Both the position numbers and the translations under genes were made by a program. A stretch of DNA of 64,000 nucleotides from Spirochaetia bacterium. GTDB lineage: Bacteria; Spirochaetota; Spirochaetia; UBA9216. Positions 47,080 to 57,154 of this stretch are shown one piece after another; the first letter of the stretch is position 1, and every line of letters starts with the position of its first letter. The notes beneath the pieces are model-generated. The model searched no databases and had not been told where the DNA came from. It worked only from the letters and a program-made list of their open reading frames with translations. The stretch spans positions 1,056,001 through 1,120,000 of the forward strand of contig CAXXYH010000003.1 in the NCBI GenBank assembly GCA_963677925.2, written 5' to 3'.

Positions 47080-48165
47080 TTAGTTCAGTTTGGGGGGCTT
47101 CTCGCCCAATGATTCAAGTATTTCTATAAATCTGTTTACAAGTTTATCTCCATCATAACCTTTAGAGTTCAAATCTTTTATGTAGGATTTCCAGATAGGA
47201 GCAGCTGTGGCTTTCAAGTCATCAAGATCAGATTCCTTCCAGTTATAAACTTCGATATTATTCTCTGCAAGAACATTATATGCTTCAATATCCTGATCCA
47301 GTCCGGACTGCATATATATAAATGCATATTCGTGAAAAACATCTTTTATTGTTTCCTGAATATCTTCAGGCAGACTGTTAAACTTTGCTTTATTCATAGC
47401 ATTAGTACCGTTTGCCATAGCGTAAAAACCTACGTCCAGCAAAGCTTCGCATTCCAGTTCATAGAATTTGTATTTAATAACTGAACTTGCAGGATGTACC
47501 CAGACATCTACAAGGCCTGTCTGCCAGGATGTGTATGCATCACTTATTGCAATATTCACTGGAACCATACCTATTGACTCTTCCCATTTTGTTGCAAGCC
47601 CACCGGGAGCTCTTGCTTTCAATCCTTTTAATTCTTTAACATTCATAGGTTTACTTGATCTAAACATAAACCTGTATGAAGGTGTTGAATGAAAGCCGAG
47701 CCATTCTACTTCATCCCACATGTCATCAAAATATCCCTCTTCAGTCAGGGTATACATAGCTTTCATCAGATTGCGTGGGTCCTGAGCGGCAAAGGGAAGA
47801 TTGGCAACATCAGCAAGCGGAAACTTGCCTGGTACATAAGGCGTTGCAAAATCGGTTACATCAGCAATTCCATCTCTAATTAGATTATACTGGTCCGAAG
47901 ACTTGCCAAGCGCGCTTGACCAGTAAACTTTAAATTCAACACGGCCCTGTGTTCTTTCTGTAATTTCATCAAGCATCGGTGTCAGCCAGATTACCGACTG
48001 GGGATCATTAGGCGGCCTGTTTGTTGCATATGACAACACTATCGGTTTATCACTTGTGACCCCAGCGCCTTCCTGATCACCATTTGCAAATACACCTGAA
48101 CTAATACTTAGAGTTAAAAGTATTAGACAGATGAATACTTTTCTAAAATCCTGTCCTTTCAACAT
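47080..48165 (-). CDS. dctP: TRAP transporter substrate-binding protein
   Basis: ERTQGRVEF, LKGLKARAPG, YTSWQTGLVD and MNKAKFNSLPEDIQ; GGAGG RBS before 48165. Confidence 0.92.
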   Translation of the reverse strand: MLKGQDFRKVFICLILLTLSISSGVFANGDQEGAGVTSDKPIVLSYATNRPPNDPQSVIWLTPMLDEITERTQGRVEFKVYWSSALGKSSDQYNLIRDGIADVTDFATPYVPGKFPLADVANLPFAAQDPRNLMKAMYTLTEEGYFDDMWDEVEWLGFHSTPSYRFMFRSSKPMNVKELKGLKARAPGGLATKWEESIGMVPVNIAISDAYTSWQTGLVDVWVHPASSVIKYKFYELECEALLDVGFYAMANGTNAMNKAKFNSLPEDIQETIKDVFHEYAFIYMQSGLDQDIEAYNVLAENNIEVYNWKESDLDDLKATAAPIWKSYIKDLNSKGYDGDKLVNRFIEILESLGEKPPKLN

Positions 48166-48403
48166 AAATATTCCTCCATTCCTTTTTTTCAAGCATCAAC
48201 TTCTTTTTAGTGTTGGTCGTATGCTTAATTTTGTGAGATATTATCAGCGAAATTTTTTGCTGTCAAATTTTATTTTTCATAAATTTTTAATTTTTGTAAC
48301 AAATTTTTAATTTTAAATGGAATCCGGAGGTCGAATTTTTTACATTAATTTATTATCTCATCAGAAGTTAAAACAAGATCTTTCACAGTTATTTTTATTT
48401 TAA

Positions 48404-49282
48404 TTATATTTTTATAAATTTATTTTCAATTTCCCTGCTCACTTCAAGAACAAGCGGGTTTTCCATATTTTCCCTTCTCACACATAATATTCCAACATGT
48501 GAACCCGCAATTGGTATATCTTTGAAAATCAATGTGTCAGAATCACTTCCTTCAAAGTTTTTAGGTAAGATTGCGAACCCATGTCCGGATTCCAGATGCA
48601 CCAGCAAAGTAATCAAGTCATGGCATAAAAGTTTGTTTCGATAAGTTATTGAACTATCCCAGGCAATTGCCTCATTTTGTATCACACGCCTCGGCATCAT
48701 TAACCTGGTATCATTTTTTAAATCGCTGATACTGAAATCCGGCTTCTCCGACAAAGGATGTCGTTTAGAAAAAACAATATACAGTTTATCATTTCTCAGT
48801 ACATTAGTTTTAACAGAAGGCCAGGACTGCCAGTGATTAGATGTGGAAATACAGATATCAAGCTCTCCGTCATGGAGTCTGTTTTTTAAATTAGTTAAAT
48901 CATACAGCTTAATATCAAAATAAACTTCAGGATATTTTTCAGACAGGAAATCCATTATGGGTAGTATAATTTTCTTTCTTGAGAAGTATGCAAAAAAACC
49001 AATAGTGATTATTGAGTTTTTATCCTGTGTAACCCCATGTACTCTTTCCATCACTTCATCAATCTGAAAATTGATTTTAAAGAACTCATCTCTCAATATC
49101 TTTCCTGCAACAGTAAGAGTCACACTCCTGGTAGTTCTATAAAATAAAATTACCCCCAGTCTTTGTTCTAGAAAATTTATCTGCTTTGTCACAGCCTGCT
49201 GCGTTATACACAAACGTTCTGCAGCCTTGGTAAAACTTAAATAATTCGCGACTTCAAGAAAACACCTTATCTGATGATACAT
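48404..49282 (-). CDS. LysR-family regulator
   Basis: LSFTKAAERLCITQQAVTKQINFLEQRLGVILFYRTTRSVTLT. Confidence 0.94.
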   Translation of the reverse strand: MYHQIRCFLEVANYLSFTKAAERLCITQQAVTKQINFLEQRLGVILFYRTTRSVTLTVAGKILRDEFFKINFQIDEVMERVHGVTQDKNSIITIGFFAYFSRKKIILPIMDFLSEKYPEVYFDIKLYDLTNLKNRLHDGELDICISTSNHWQSWPSVKTNVLRNDKLYIVFSKRHPLSEKPDFSISDLKNDTRLMMPRRVIQNEAIAWDSSITYRNKLLCHDLITLLVHLESGHGFAILPKNFEGSDSDTLIFKDIPIAGSHVGILCVRRENMENPLVLEVSREIENKFIKI

Positions 49283-49291
49283 TTAACACCT

Positions 49292-49324
49292 CTTTTATTA
49301 ACAACTAGCGGTTGTTAATAAAAG
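49292..49324. promoter_or_regulatory. Perfect 14-bp-arm palindrome just upstream of the lysR start; putative LysR operator
   Basis: CTTTTATTAACAAC-TAGCG-GTTGTTAATAAAAG in the divergent promoter region. Confidence 0.7.
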
Positions 49325-49459
49325 TATAAGTTGTTTTATCTTTTTTGTTAAGAGATTTATACTCCAAAACATCAGTATGGTTCTGATTCTTCTTAGAGCC
49401 CCCGGAAAGCATACTGTTTACATATACAGCATACAAGAGCTATTTACTTAGGAGAAATT

Positions 49460-49921
49460 ATGAGCGAAACAAAATTCGGACACTTGATTCTTGAAGAGCC
49501 TTTCGGGAAATCAGTCCACTCAGAAATCATTCAGCCTATAATCAGTATAGGCAGGAAGGAACCGGTAAAACAGTGGGAAGGTTTTCCTTTCAACATGACA
49601 ATGGAGGCAATAACTACTCCGGTAAGCATGGGCGGTCATGGCCATACTCATGATTATGATGAGATACTTATGTTTTTCGGCGCGGATCCTATGAATTATC
49701 AGGATTTTCAGGCTGAAGCCTATATCATGCTCGGACCCGACAATGAAGAAAAGGAAAAACATATAATTAATAAAACATCTTTTATATGGATTCCCAAAGG
49801 ATTAATGCATTGCCCGCTTGTTTTTACTCGTATTGATTCACCAGTTGTTTTTGCATTTATTGAATTCACAGAAATCTATAAAGCCAACAAAAAACCGGAA
49901 GATTTAATCAAGCAGATGTAA
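49460..49921 (+). CDS. Cupin-like hypothetical protein
   Basis: HTHDYDE...IPKGLMHCPL metal-binding cupin pattern. Confidence 0.75.
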   Translation: MSETKFGHLILEEPFGKSVHSEIIQPIISIGRKEPVKQWEGFPFNMTMEAITTPVSMGGHGHTHDYDEILMFFGADPMNYQDFQAEAYIMLGPDNEEKEKHIINKTSFIWIPKGLMHCPLVFTRIDSPVVFAFIEFTEIYKANKKPEDLIKQM

Positions 49922-49926
49922 TTACT

Positions 49927-49955
49927 TCAAACTCCGTATTTTATACGGAGTTTGA
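49927..49955 (+). terminator. Intercistronic hairpin (terminator or stabiliser)
   Basis: TCAAACTCCGTAT-TTT-ATACGGAGTTTGA, perfect 13-bp arms. Confidence 0.65.
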
Positions 49956-49977
49956 TACTACCCATCAAGGATCAGCT

Positions 49978-50733
49978 ATGAATAATACAGACTTTTCAAT
50001 TTTTAATAATTTCTCATTTGAATACAAACCTATTGGAATTAAATTCCATCTTACTCAACCCAAAGATATTGAGTACCTTGATAAAAAACTTTCTTTCTGT
50101 GAAATGCTTAAAGAAGCCCAGATTTCAGATAAACCGTTTTATATAAAAAATGAAAACCACGAATGCAAAGCAGGCTCCATTGTTCTGGGAATGTCGGAGG
50201 CAGATCCGGTATTTGAGAGCGGACAAATAGGGCCTAGACTTGGGGTGTTTGAAGATACAAGAGCTAATGAAAAACTGTATATTGATCTTCCCAAAATTCA
50301 TACAAAAAGTATTAACTACGTATCATATACTCCGCTGGAGCATCTGAAGGAAGTTCCCGACTTACTGATCATTACAGCACCACCAAGTCAGGCAGAAATT
50401 CTATTAAGATCTTATAACTATAGAACAGGTGCATCCTGGAATGCAAAAGGTACTACTGTTGTCGGGTGCGCTTACCTTTATGCATATCCGTATATTAGCG
50501 GTGAACTCAATATTCTGATAAGCGGTCTTCATCATGGAATGAAGGCAAGAAACCTCTTCCCTGAAGGTTTGCTATTTTTATCAATTCCCTATAATTTAAT
50601 TCCTGAAATCACTGAAAATTTAAAAACAATTGACTGGGAACTACCTCAGTATTCATGGGGCAAGAAAGCTCATATCGAAAATATGAGCAGAATTATTAAT
50701 GAAGTAAATATTGAACTGCAGAATAGTAATTAA
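49978..50733 (+). CDS. DUF169-family protein
   Basis: PIGIKF, SFCEM..EA, HEC..G..VLG, PL....PDLLII...P.QA and GCA pattern. Confidence 0.75.
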   Translation: MNNTDFSIFNNFSFEYKPIGIKFHLTQPKDIEYLDKKLSFCEMLKEAQISDKPFYIKNENHECKAGSIVLGMSEADPVFESGQIGPRLGVFEDTRANEKLYIDLPKIHTKSINYVSYTPLEHLKEVPDLLIITAPPSQAEILLRSYNYRTGASWNAKGTTVVGCAYLYAYPYISGELNILISGLHHGMKARNLFPEGLLFLSIPYNLIPEITENLKTIDWELPQYSWGKKAHIENMSRIINEVNIELQNSN

Positions 50734-50749
50734 CTTATTAAACACTATT

Positions 50750-52864
50750 TCAGTCAGTTTTATCTATATTATACACTTCACAGAGGGAATCCTTATAGGC
50801 AGGCATTCCTGAAGTTTTGTCTATCCGATTATGATCAGTTAGAATATTTACATTAGCTCCGGGGGTGCTGTTTGCAATCTGCCAGGAACCTCCGAAGCTG
50901 TGACCCCATCCGTAGGGGATCATTACAACCCGCGGGTCAACCTTATCGTTCAGCTTTGCTTTTATCTGTATCTTTCCCCGCAGAGATTCGACAAAAACAA
51001 TCTCGCCGTCGGAAATGTCCCGTTCTGCGGCTGTTTGGGAATGCATTTCAACCCAGTTCTCGGATACCTTATCATGAAGCGACGGAAGGTTGTGTGAGGC
51101 GGAAAGATAGGACGCAGAGAGTCTGTTACCGCTTATTAGAATAAGCGGATATTTTTTACAGGTTTCCGAATCAGAGACCGGACTTTCTGAGGGTTCCCGG
51201 TACTCAGGCAGTGAAATTGCTCCGGCCTTTGCAAGGTCTTCCGAGGCAAGGTTTATTTTACCGTTTTTATCTGGAAATCCGTTTTTTCTGAAATATCCCA
51301 CAGGTCTTGGCTCAAATTCAAATCCGCTTCCGTCATTTCTGCTTTTCAGCTCATCAATTGACAGACCCCAGTCTCCCAGCATGTTCTCAAGAATTTCATC
51401 TTCCGATTCAGGAAAATATTCACCGAAGCCCAGCTTCCCGGACAATTCTTTAATTATCTGAAAATCCGGTTTTGCTTCACCCGCAGGTTCAATTAATTTC
51501 GGCTGGTACTGAAGTATTCTGGGTATTGCTACCTCAGGAGACTGAAAGTCAACCTTCTCGAAAAATGTCGCCACTGGAAGATTGTAATGAGAGAAGGTGG
51601 CAGTATCATTTCTGTACAAATCAAGCATAACCAGCAGATCAAGTTTCTTTAAGGCCTCCTGAACAACTGACGAATTGGGCCAGGCAAGGACGGGATTGCT
51701 TCCGATCACAATCAGGGCCTTTATCGGATATGGCTTTTCTTCCAGTATTGCACGGATTAGATTGGAGGGAACATCCCTGGTTATTTTATTATCAGCTGAA
51801 ACTGAGGGTCTGGTATTTGTAAGCATCTCAGGATAAGTAAGCCTTTTAAATGCCGGGGAAACAGGACTGAACATCTTTGTCTGCAGATGAACACCGCCTT
51901 CAACATCGATATTTCCGGTTATTGTATTCAGAATATCTACCGCCCGGCAGGTCTGCATGCCATGCTCGTGATGAATAACCCCTTCCCGCCTGTCTGCACA
52001 TGCAGACTTTGTTTTGGCAAATATTTCAGCTATGTTAATTATCTGTTCTGCCGGTATCCAGCAGATTTTCTCAACTTCTCGGGGCTCATATGCTTCTGTA
52101 ATTTTTTTAAGTTCATTAAAACCGGTTGTATGTTTATCAATAAAATCCTTATCATACCACCCGTTTTTGATAATAACGTGAACCATTGAAAGTATGAAAG
52201 CCGTATCTGTCCCGGGTCTGATTGTTGTGTGTATATCAGCAAGTGCTGCTGTCTCGGTTTTCTTCGGGTCAACAACTATCAGGACAGCTCCGTTTTTACG
52301 CGCATAATTAATGTCTCTCATAACACGCAGGGACCGGTGCATTCCGGTCACAGCAGGGTTGGTGCCCAGCAGCAGGATGCATTTTGAACTGCGGAAATCA
52401 CCGCAGGTGGATACTCCGGGGCCGAAACTGTATTTAGTGCTGAAGACCTTGGAACTCACACACAGCGCTGAATTTGAAGCGTAATTTGGTGTCCCAAACA
52501 GATTCATAAACCGCTGAAGCTGAACTGAAACCAGCCAGGAATAAACTGACATCCCCCTGTAAACAGCAAGACTCTCTGCTCCATATCTGCTTTTTAAATC
52601 AGAAAGCTTTTCGGCAATTTCTGAATATGCACTGTCCCATGAAATCCTTTGAAAACCATCTGGGGTCTTCTTTTCCGGAAACATGAGCCTGTCGGGGTCG
52701 TACTGAAGTTCAAGCATTGCACGGCCTCTTACGCATATTTTGCCATCGTTCTTACGGCAGTCCGGATCACCTTTAAATGAAATAATTTTTCCGTCTTCTA
52801 CAGTAACAATAATTCCGCAGCGGCAGTTGCACATCTTGCAGTGGGTTTTAACAGTTGATTTCAT
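50750..52864 (-). CDS. Mo/W-bisPGD oxidoreductase catalytic subunit (DMSO reductase superfamily; cytoplasmic)
   Basis: CKMCNCRC...ICVRG [4Fe-4S] motif, RISWD, SALC (probable Cys ligand), PIKAL...GSNP, LPVATFFEK and a C-terminal molydop-binding domain; no TAT signal. Confidence 0.9.
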   Translation of the reverse strand: MKSTVKTHCKMCNCRCGIIVTVEDGKIISFKGDPDCRKNDGKICVRGRAMLELQYDPDRLMFPEKKTPDGFQRISWDSAYSEIAEKLSDLKSRYGAESLAVYRGMSVYSWLVSVQLQRFMNLFGTPNYASNSALCVSSKVFSTKYSFGPGVSTCGDFRSSKCILLLGTNPAVTGMHRSLRVMRDINYARKNGAVLIVVDPKKTETAALADIHTTIRPGTDTAFILSMVHVIIKNGWYDKDFIDKHTTGFNELKKITEAYEPREVEKICWIPAEQIINIAEIFAKTKSACADRREGVIHHEHGMQTCRAVDILNTITGNIDVEGGVHLQTKMFSPVSPAFKRLTYPEMLTNTRPSVSADNKITRDVPSNLIRAILEEKPYPIKALIVIGSNPVLAWPNSSVVQEALKKLDLLVMLDLYRNDTATFSHYNLPVATFFEKVDFQSPEVAIPRILQYQPKLIEPAGEAKPDFQIIKELSGKLGFGEYFPESEDEILENMLGDWGLSIDELKSRNDGSGFEFEPRPVGYFRKNGFPDKNGKINLASEDLAKAGAISLPEYREPSESPVSDSETCKKYPLILISGNRLSASYLSASHNLPSLHDKVSENWVEMHSQTAAERDISDGEIVFVESLRGKIQIKAKLNDKVDPRVVMIPYGWGHSFGGSWQIANSTPGANVNILTDHNRIDKTSGMPAYKDSLCEVYNIDKTD

Positions 52865-52905
52865 TCCAGGTTCCAGTTTTTCCTTAAGACAATTTTTGAG
52901 GTTAA

Positions 52906-54252
52906 TCAGCTTTCAAAAAGCCGTTCCGGATTAAACCGGCTGATACTGTCACTGATGCTTATCGGGACATTTTCTGCATTCAGCGGTCTTGTTGCATCAA
53001 TTCCAATTTTACTGACAATACCCTCATCAGCAGCAGGATCTATCTGGCTCCCTTTTGCAAATGGAATAACGAAATTACATTTCGGATTCATATACAAATT
53101 TACAGCCTTCAGGACTTCCGAATCATTGAATATGTCGACATTGTCATCAACAACTACCACATTTCTGATAAAAGCATCTGCCCCGAATACAGCAGCGGCG
53201 GCATTGGACGGTTCACCTTCAACCATCTTCTTTATTGAAACATAGCAGGCAAATCTGCAGAAACCCGATGGCGGCAGATAGACATCCTGAACACCGGGAC
53301 AGGCTTTTTTTACTGCATTATAAATTTGACCTATGCGTGGAAGTCCGCCCATAAGCTGATGTTCAAGACTGCCTGAACAAATATCAAGATAGATTGGGTT
53401 CCGTCGCATTGTCACATGATGAACTTCGAGTACCGGATAATTTCTTACACCGCTGTACATGGAGTGAAATTCACCTATCGGGCCTTCAGGTTCCGACAGG
53501 TTCCATGCGATTGAACCTTCAAGACAGATTTCACCATCCGCAGGGACTTCAAGATCGACACTTCTGCAGTGCGTAATTCTCAGTGGTTCTCCGAGAAGCC
53601 CTCCCATTACAGAGAACTCATCATCATCAATTCCCAGAGAACTCAAACTGCCAAGCAGTACAGCCGGATGTGTTCCTATGGTTACCGCAACCGGCATATT
53701 CTCTTTCCGCTCAACATACTTCCTGTAAATATAGTATGCGTGACTTGTTTCTGAAAGATGAATACCTGTGCGGTGACCATCCTTAATCATAAGTCGGTAG
53801 ATACCGGAATTACGAACTCCGGTATCAGGATCTTTAACCGTCATCATTCCGGCAGTTATATAAGGTCCGTTATCCTCTAAATTATGCGCAATAACCGGAA
53901 GCTTCCTGAGATCAAGATTCTTTCTGTCAAACTCAATTTCCTGAATCGGAGCAGAGTCAACAATTTCAGGTTCTATCCGTTTTTTTTCATTATCACGGTA
54001 TACTTCATGCAGTGTCTTTTCTGCAGTACCAAGCGCGATTGCAAGACGTTTTCTTGTTCCAAAAACATTCGTGACAACAGGCACATCTGAATCATGCACT
54101 TTGTTGAACATAACAGCCTTGTTCTCATTCTTCGATAGAAGATAGTAGACTGCGGCAGTAAGCTCTCTGGATGAGCTTACTGCCTTATTTACCTCGATAA
54201 ATTCCTCGGGAAATTCATTCATTGCTTCAATAAATGATCTTAAACTCTGCAT
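52906..54252 (-). CDS. UbiD-family (prFMN-dependent) decarboxylase
   Basis: DNGPYITAG, RNSGIYRL, VPADGEICLEG, EPEGPIGEF, VVVVDDNVD and SKIGIDATRP. Confidence 0.93.
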   Translation of the reverse strand: MQSLRSFIEAMNEFPEEFIEVNKAVSSSRELTAAVYYLLSKNENKAVMFNKVHDSDVPVVTNVFGTRKRLAIALGTAEKTLHEVYRDNEKKRIEPEIVDSAPIQEIEFDRKNLDLRKLPVIAHNLEDNGPYITAGMMTVKDPDTGVRNSGIYRLMIKDGHRTGIHLSETSHAYYIYRKYVERKENMPVAVTIGTHPAVLLGSLSSLGIDDDEFSVMGGLLGEPLRITHCRSVDLEVPADGEICLEGSIAWNLSEPEGPIGEFHSMYSGVRNYPVLEVHHVTMRRNPIYLDICSGSLEHQLMGGLPRIGQIYNAVKKACPGVQDVYLPPSGFCRFACYVSIKKMVEGEPSNAAAAVFGADAFIRNVVVVDDNVDIFNDSEVLKAVNLYMNPKCNFVIPFAKGSQIDPAADEGIVSKIGIDATRPLNAENVPISISDSISRFNPERLFES

Positions 54253-54262
54253 TTTACAACCT

Positions 54263-56131
54263 TCAGGAAGCAGACTTAACCCGGTTAAAACCGGTATAGA
54301 TCCTCGCAAGAATCACAGAAACTAGAACAACAGCCAGACCTATATAATCAGAAGAACGCTCCGGAATTAAAAGAAAGACCGAGGCGATTCCCAATGACAC
54401 ACGTGCAAATACCGGCCATTTAACCAGGAGGATTCCCTCCATTGCAATTACAATACACAGCATTCCTATCGCTGCAGTTGAAACTGCCCAGATTATACTT
54501 GTTGTATCTCCCTGCAGAATAACTGAGGGTGATGTAATGAACATAAAGGGAATTATATAGGCCGCCAGACCGAATTTGAATGCAGTCATTCCGGTTTTAT
54601 TCGGATTCGACTCTGCTATAGCTGCGGCAGCATAGGCCGCAATAGCAACAGGTGGTGTTATTGCCCCGACTGATGCAAACAGGAAGATAAACATGTGAGC
54701 GGAAAGCGGAGTTGCACCCAGTGTGGTTAATGCCGGAACAATAATCGGTACAAGAATTACATACACCGCAGTCGGAGGCATGGCACATCCGAGAATCAGA
54801 GCAACAAGCATTGTAAAAAATGCAGCAAGATACAGATTACCGTGAGCAAGATCAATAAGTGTATAAGAAAGCTTTGCACCAAGGCCGGTAATCAGAAATG
54901 TTCCTACAATAATACCTGCAGCAGCACAGGCCGCAACAATGGAAACAACCTGTTTTGAGCCGCCTTCAAGAGCACTTAATATAGTAGAAAGTTTAGGTCT
55001 GGTAGATTTTTTGAAAAACCCGAAGACTATGGTCAGTAAAGTTGCATAAAATGCTGTCTTCATGGGACTCCAGCCGATAACCATTGCAGTAATCATGAAG
55101 ACAATCGGAATTCCGAGCAGTCCCCGTTCTTTCATAACTTTTGCAAAAGCGGGGAGTTTCTCTACCGGGAGACCGGACATTCCACCCTTTATAGCCCTGG
55201 CATCTACAACAAACATCAGTGTCAGATAATATAACAGCGATGGGATCAACGCGGCTACAATTACTTTCGAGTATTCAACACCAAGATACTGAGCCATTAT
55301 AAATGCACCGGCTCCCATAATGGGCGGAGTGAACATACCTCCGGTTGATGCAACAGCTTCTATTGCACCTGCTTCATGGGGTTTATACCCGGTCTGTTTC
55401 ATTAATGGAATGGTAAAGCAGCCTACTGTAGCAACATTGGCAGCCGGTGAACCGGAGATCATTCCCATCAGAGCGCTTCCAAGGATGGCGGTTTTTGCAG
55501 GACCGCCTCTGAAACGTCCGGCAATGGAGAATGAAACGTCAACAAACCATTGTCCTCCGCCGAACTTTTCAAGGAAGCTTCCGAAGATTACAAAGACAAC
55601 TATAAAGGTAGCAGCTACATCCATAGGAATACCGTATATCCCTTCAGTTGTCATGAAAAAGAAATTAACCAGTCGATCCCAGTGCTCACCCCTGTGAGCC
55701 AGAATTGAAGGGAAATACGGTCCAAGTAAAACATAAATAAGACAGAGTGCTGTTAGGCCTGTAAGTATCCATCCTGTCTTGCGCCTGGTGGCCTCGATAA
55801 CCAGAAATATCAGTGCGCTTCCTACAATAAGATCGGTAACCGGAATATCGTCAATCTTAAGAACTCGGTCCTGCCATACAAGAATAACATACAGATTTGC
55901 GGCAAGGAAAAAGACTCCCAGTGAAATATTCAGTATCTGCCTCCACACAGGTGTGGAAGCAGTTGATGCCTGAAAGAACACGACAGGACCTACAAGAGCC
56001 AGCAGCAGAGCGCGCTGAGTCATTGCCGAAAATGTACCGAAGCCGGCAGTAAAGAGGAATATGCAGGAGGCTGCAACAAGAAAAACTATAGATACATTTT
56101 TTTGCAACCGGGATAATCTTTCACCAATCAT
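54263..56131 (-). CDS. TAXI-type TRAP fused permease (4TM/12TM)
   Basis: EGIYGIP, GGPAK, GAIEAVASTGG..TPPIMGAGAFIMA and ITPPVAIAAYAAA. Confidence 0.94.
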   Translation of the reverse strand: MIGERLSRLQKNVSIVFLVAASCIFLFTAGFGTFSAMTQRALLLALVGPVVFFQASTASTPVWRQILNISLGVFFLAANLYVILVWQDRVLKIDDIPVTDLIVGSALIFLVIEATRRKTGWILTGLTALCLIYVLLGPYFPSILAHRGEHWDRLVNFFFMTTEGIYGIPMDVAATFIVVFVIFGSFLEKFGGGQWFVDVSFSIAGRFRGGPAKTAILGSALMGMISGSPAANVATVGCFTIPLMKQTGYKPHEAGAIEAVASTGGMFTPPIMGAGAFIMAQYLGVEYSKVIVAALIPSLLYYLTLMFVVDARAIKGGMSGLPVEKLPAFAKVMKERGLLGIPIVFMITAMVIGWSPMKTAFYATLLTIVFGFFKKSTRPKLSTILSALEGGSKQVVSIVAACAAAGIIVGTFLITGLGAKLSYTLIDLAHGNLYLAAFFTMLVALILGCAMPPTAVYVILVPIIVPALTTLGATPLSAHMFIFLFASVGAITPPVAIAAYAAAAIAESNPNKTGMTAFKFGLAAYIIPFMFITSPSVILQGDTTSIIWAVSTAAIGMLCIVIAMEGILLVKWPVFARVSLGIASVFLLIPERSSDYIGLAVVLVSVILARIYTGFNRVKSAS

Positions 56132-56132
56132 T

Positions 56133-57080
56133 TTACAGTAAACCCTTTTCTCTGAAATATTTTGCAGCGCCTGGATGGAGCTGAGTTGGAACAGCCTCTG
56201 TCGCCGATTCAATAGTTAAGCCTTTGGCTGCAGGATGTGACTCTTTAATTGTATCAATATTCTCAAATATCTGTTTGGTGATACGGTACACAAGATCTTC
56301 ACCAAGATCTTTTCTGACGACAACAACAAGCGGTGTATATACGGTAACTATGTCAGTACTGGTATTGTACATAGACTTGGGAATTACCTGTTTTGAGAAA
56401 TAAGGAGCTTTTGCCAGAATCCGTGTCAGCACACTTTCTTCTATAGAAAGAAGTCTTATAGGCTTTCTTGATGCTGTTATATTTGTGATTGCCGAGGCCG
56501 GAGCTGCAGACTGAACGACAATAGCATCAACATTTCCATCAGTAAGAGCATCGGCTGCCTGAGCATAGGAAATATAAACCGGTTTAAAATCCTTCTCTGT
56601 CATATTGTAGTATGAGAAAATATCAGAAGCAACTGCAATCGCTCCGCCGCCGGCAGGACCAAGTGCAACTTTTTTGCCTTTAAGATCATTAATCGAATAG
56701 ATATCAGAATCAGCATTTACAACTATGTGAAACACACCCTTTGAGAGCCCGGAAAACAATGTACTTACATTGCTCATGGGTTTAGTATAGGGTGCAATAC
56801 CCTTAGATGCATTATAGGCCATAAAACCCATAGTTATAGCAAGGTCAACGTTTTCTTTTTCAATCAGCGAGTTATTTTCAACTGCACCGCCTGTTACTAT
56901 AGCAGAAGTGGAAATTCCAACCTCATGTGTCAGCAGGTCAGCCATCGCTATACCCATCGGATAAAAGGCACCGCCTGTTGATGCAGTTCCAATTGAGAGA
57001 AATCTCGGGTCTCTTGCACTGGCCTGTCCGCAGACTATAAGGGCAAGGGCAATAAGGACAAAAAATCTTTTCTTATTCAT
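56133..57080 (-). CDS. TAXI-family TRAP solute receptor
   Basis: IGTASTGGAFYPMG, TGGAVEN, DLKGKKV and LHPGAAKYFRE. Confidence 0.94.
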   Translation of the reverse strand: MNKKRFFVLIALALIVCGQASARDPRFLSIGTASTGGAFYPMGIAMADLLTHEVGISTSAIVTGGAVENNSLIEKENVDLAITMGFMAYNASKGIAPYTKPMSNVSTLFSGLSKGVFHIVVNADSDIYSINDLKGKKVALGPAGGGAIAVASDIFSYYNMTEKDFKPVYISYAQAADALTDGNVDAIVVQSAAPASAITNITASRKPIRLLSIEESVLTRILAKAPYFSKQVIPKSMYNTSTDIVTVYTPLVVVVRKDLGEDLVYRITKQIFENIDTIKESHPAAKGLTIESATEAVPTQLHPGAAKYFREKGLL

Positions 57081-57154
57081 ACTTCCTCCATACTAATTTT
57101 TCAGCAATAATCTGTTTGCCGATTTCAAAAATATCCTGTCAAATGACAGTTTGA

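Noticed and set aside
50750-52864. Acetylene hydratase or formate dehydrogenase
   Set aside because: Asn rather than the catalytic Asp follows the second Cys (CKMCN), the ligand motif is LCV rather than (C/U)H, and there are no partner subunits.
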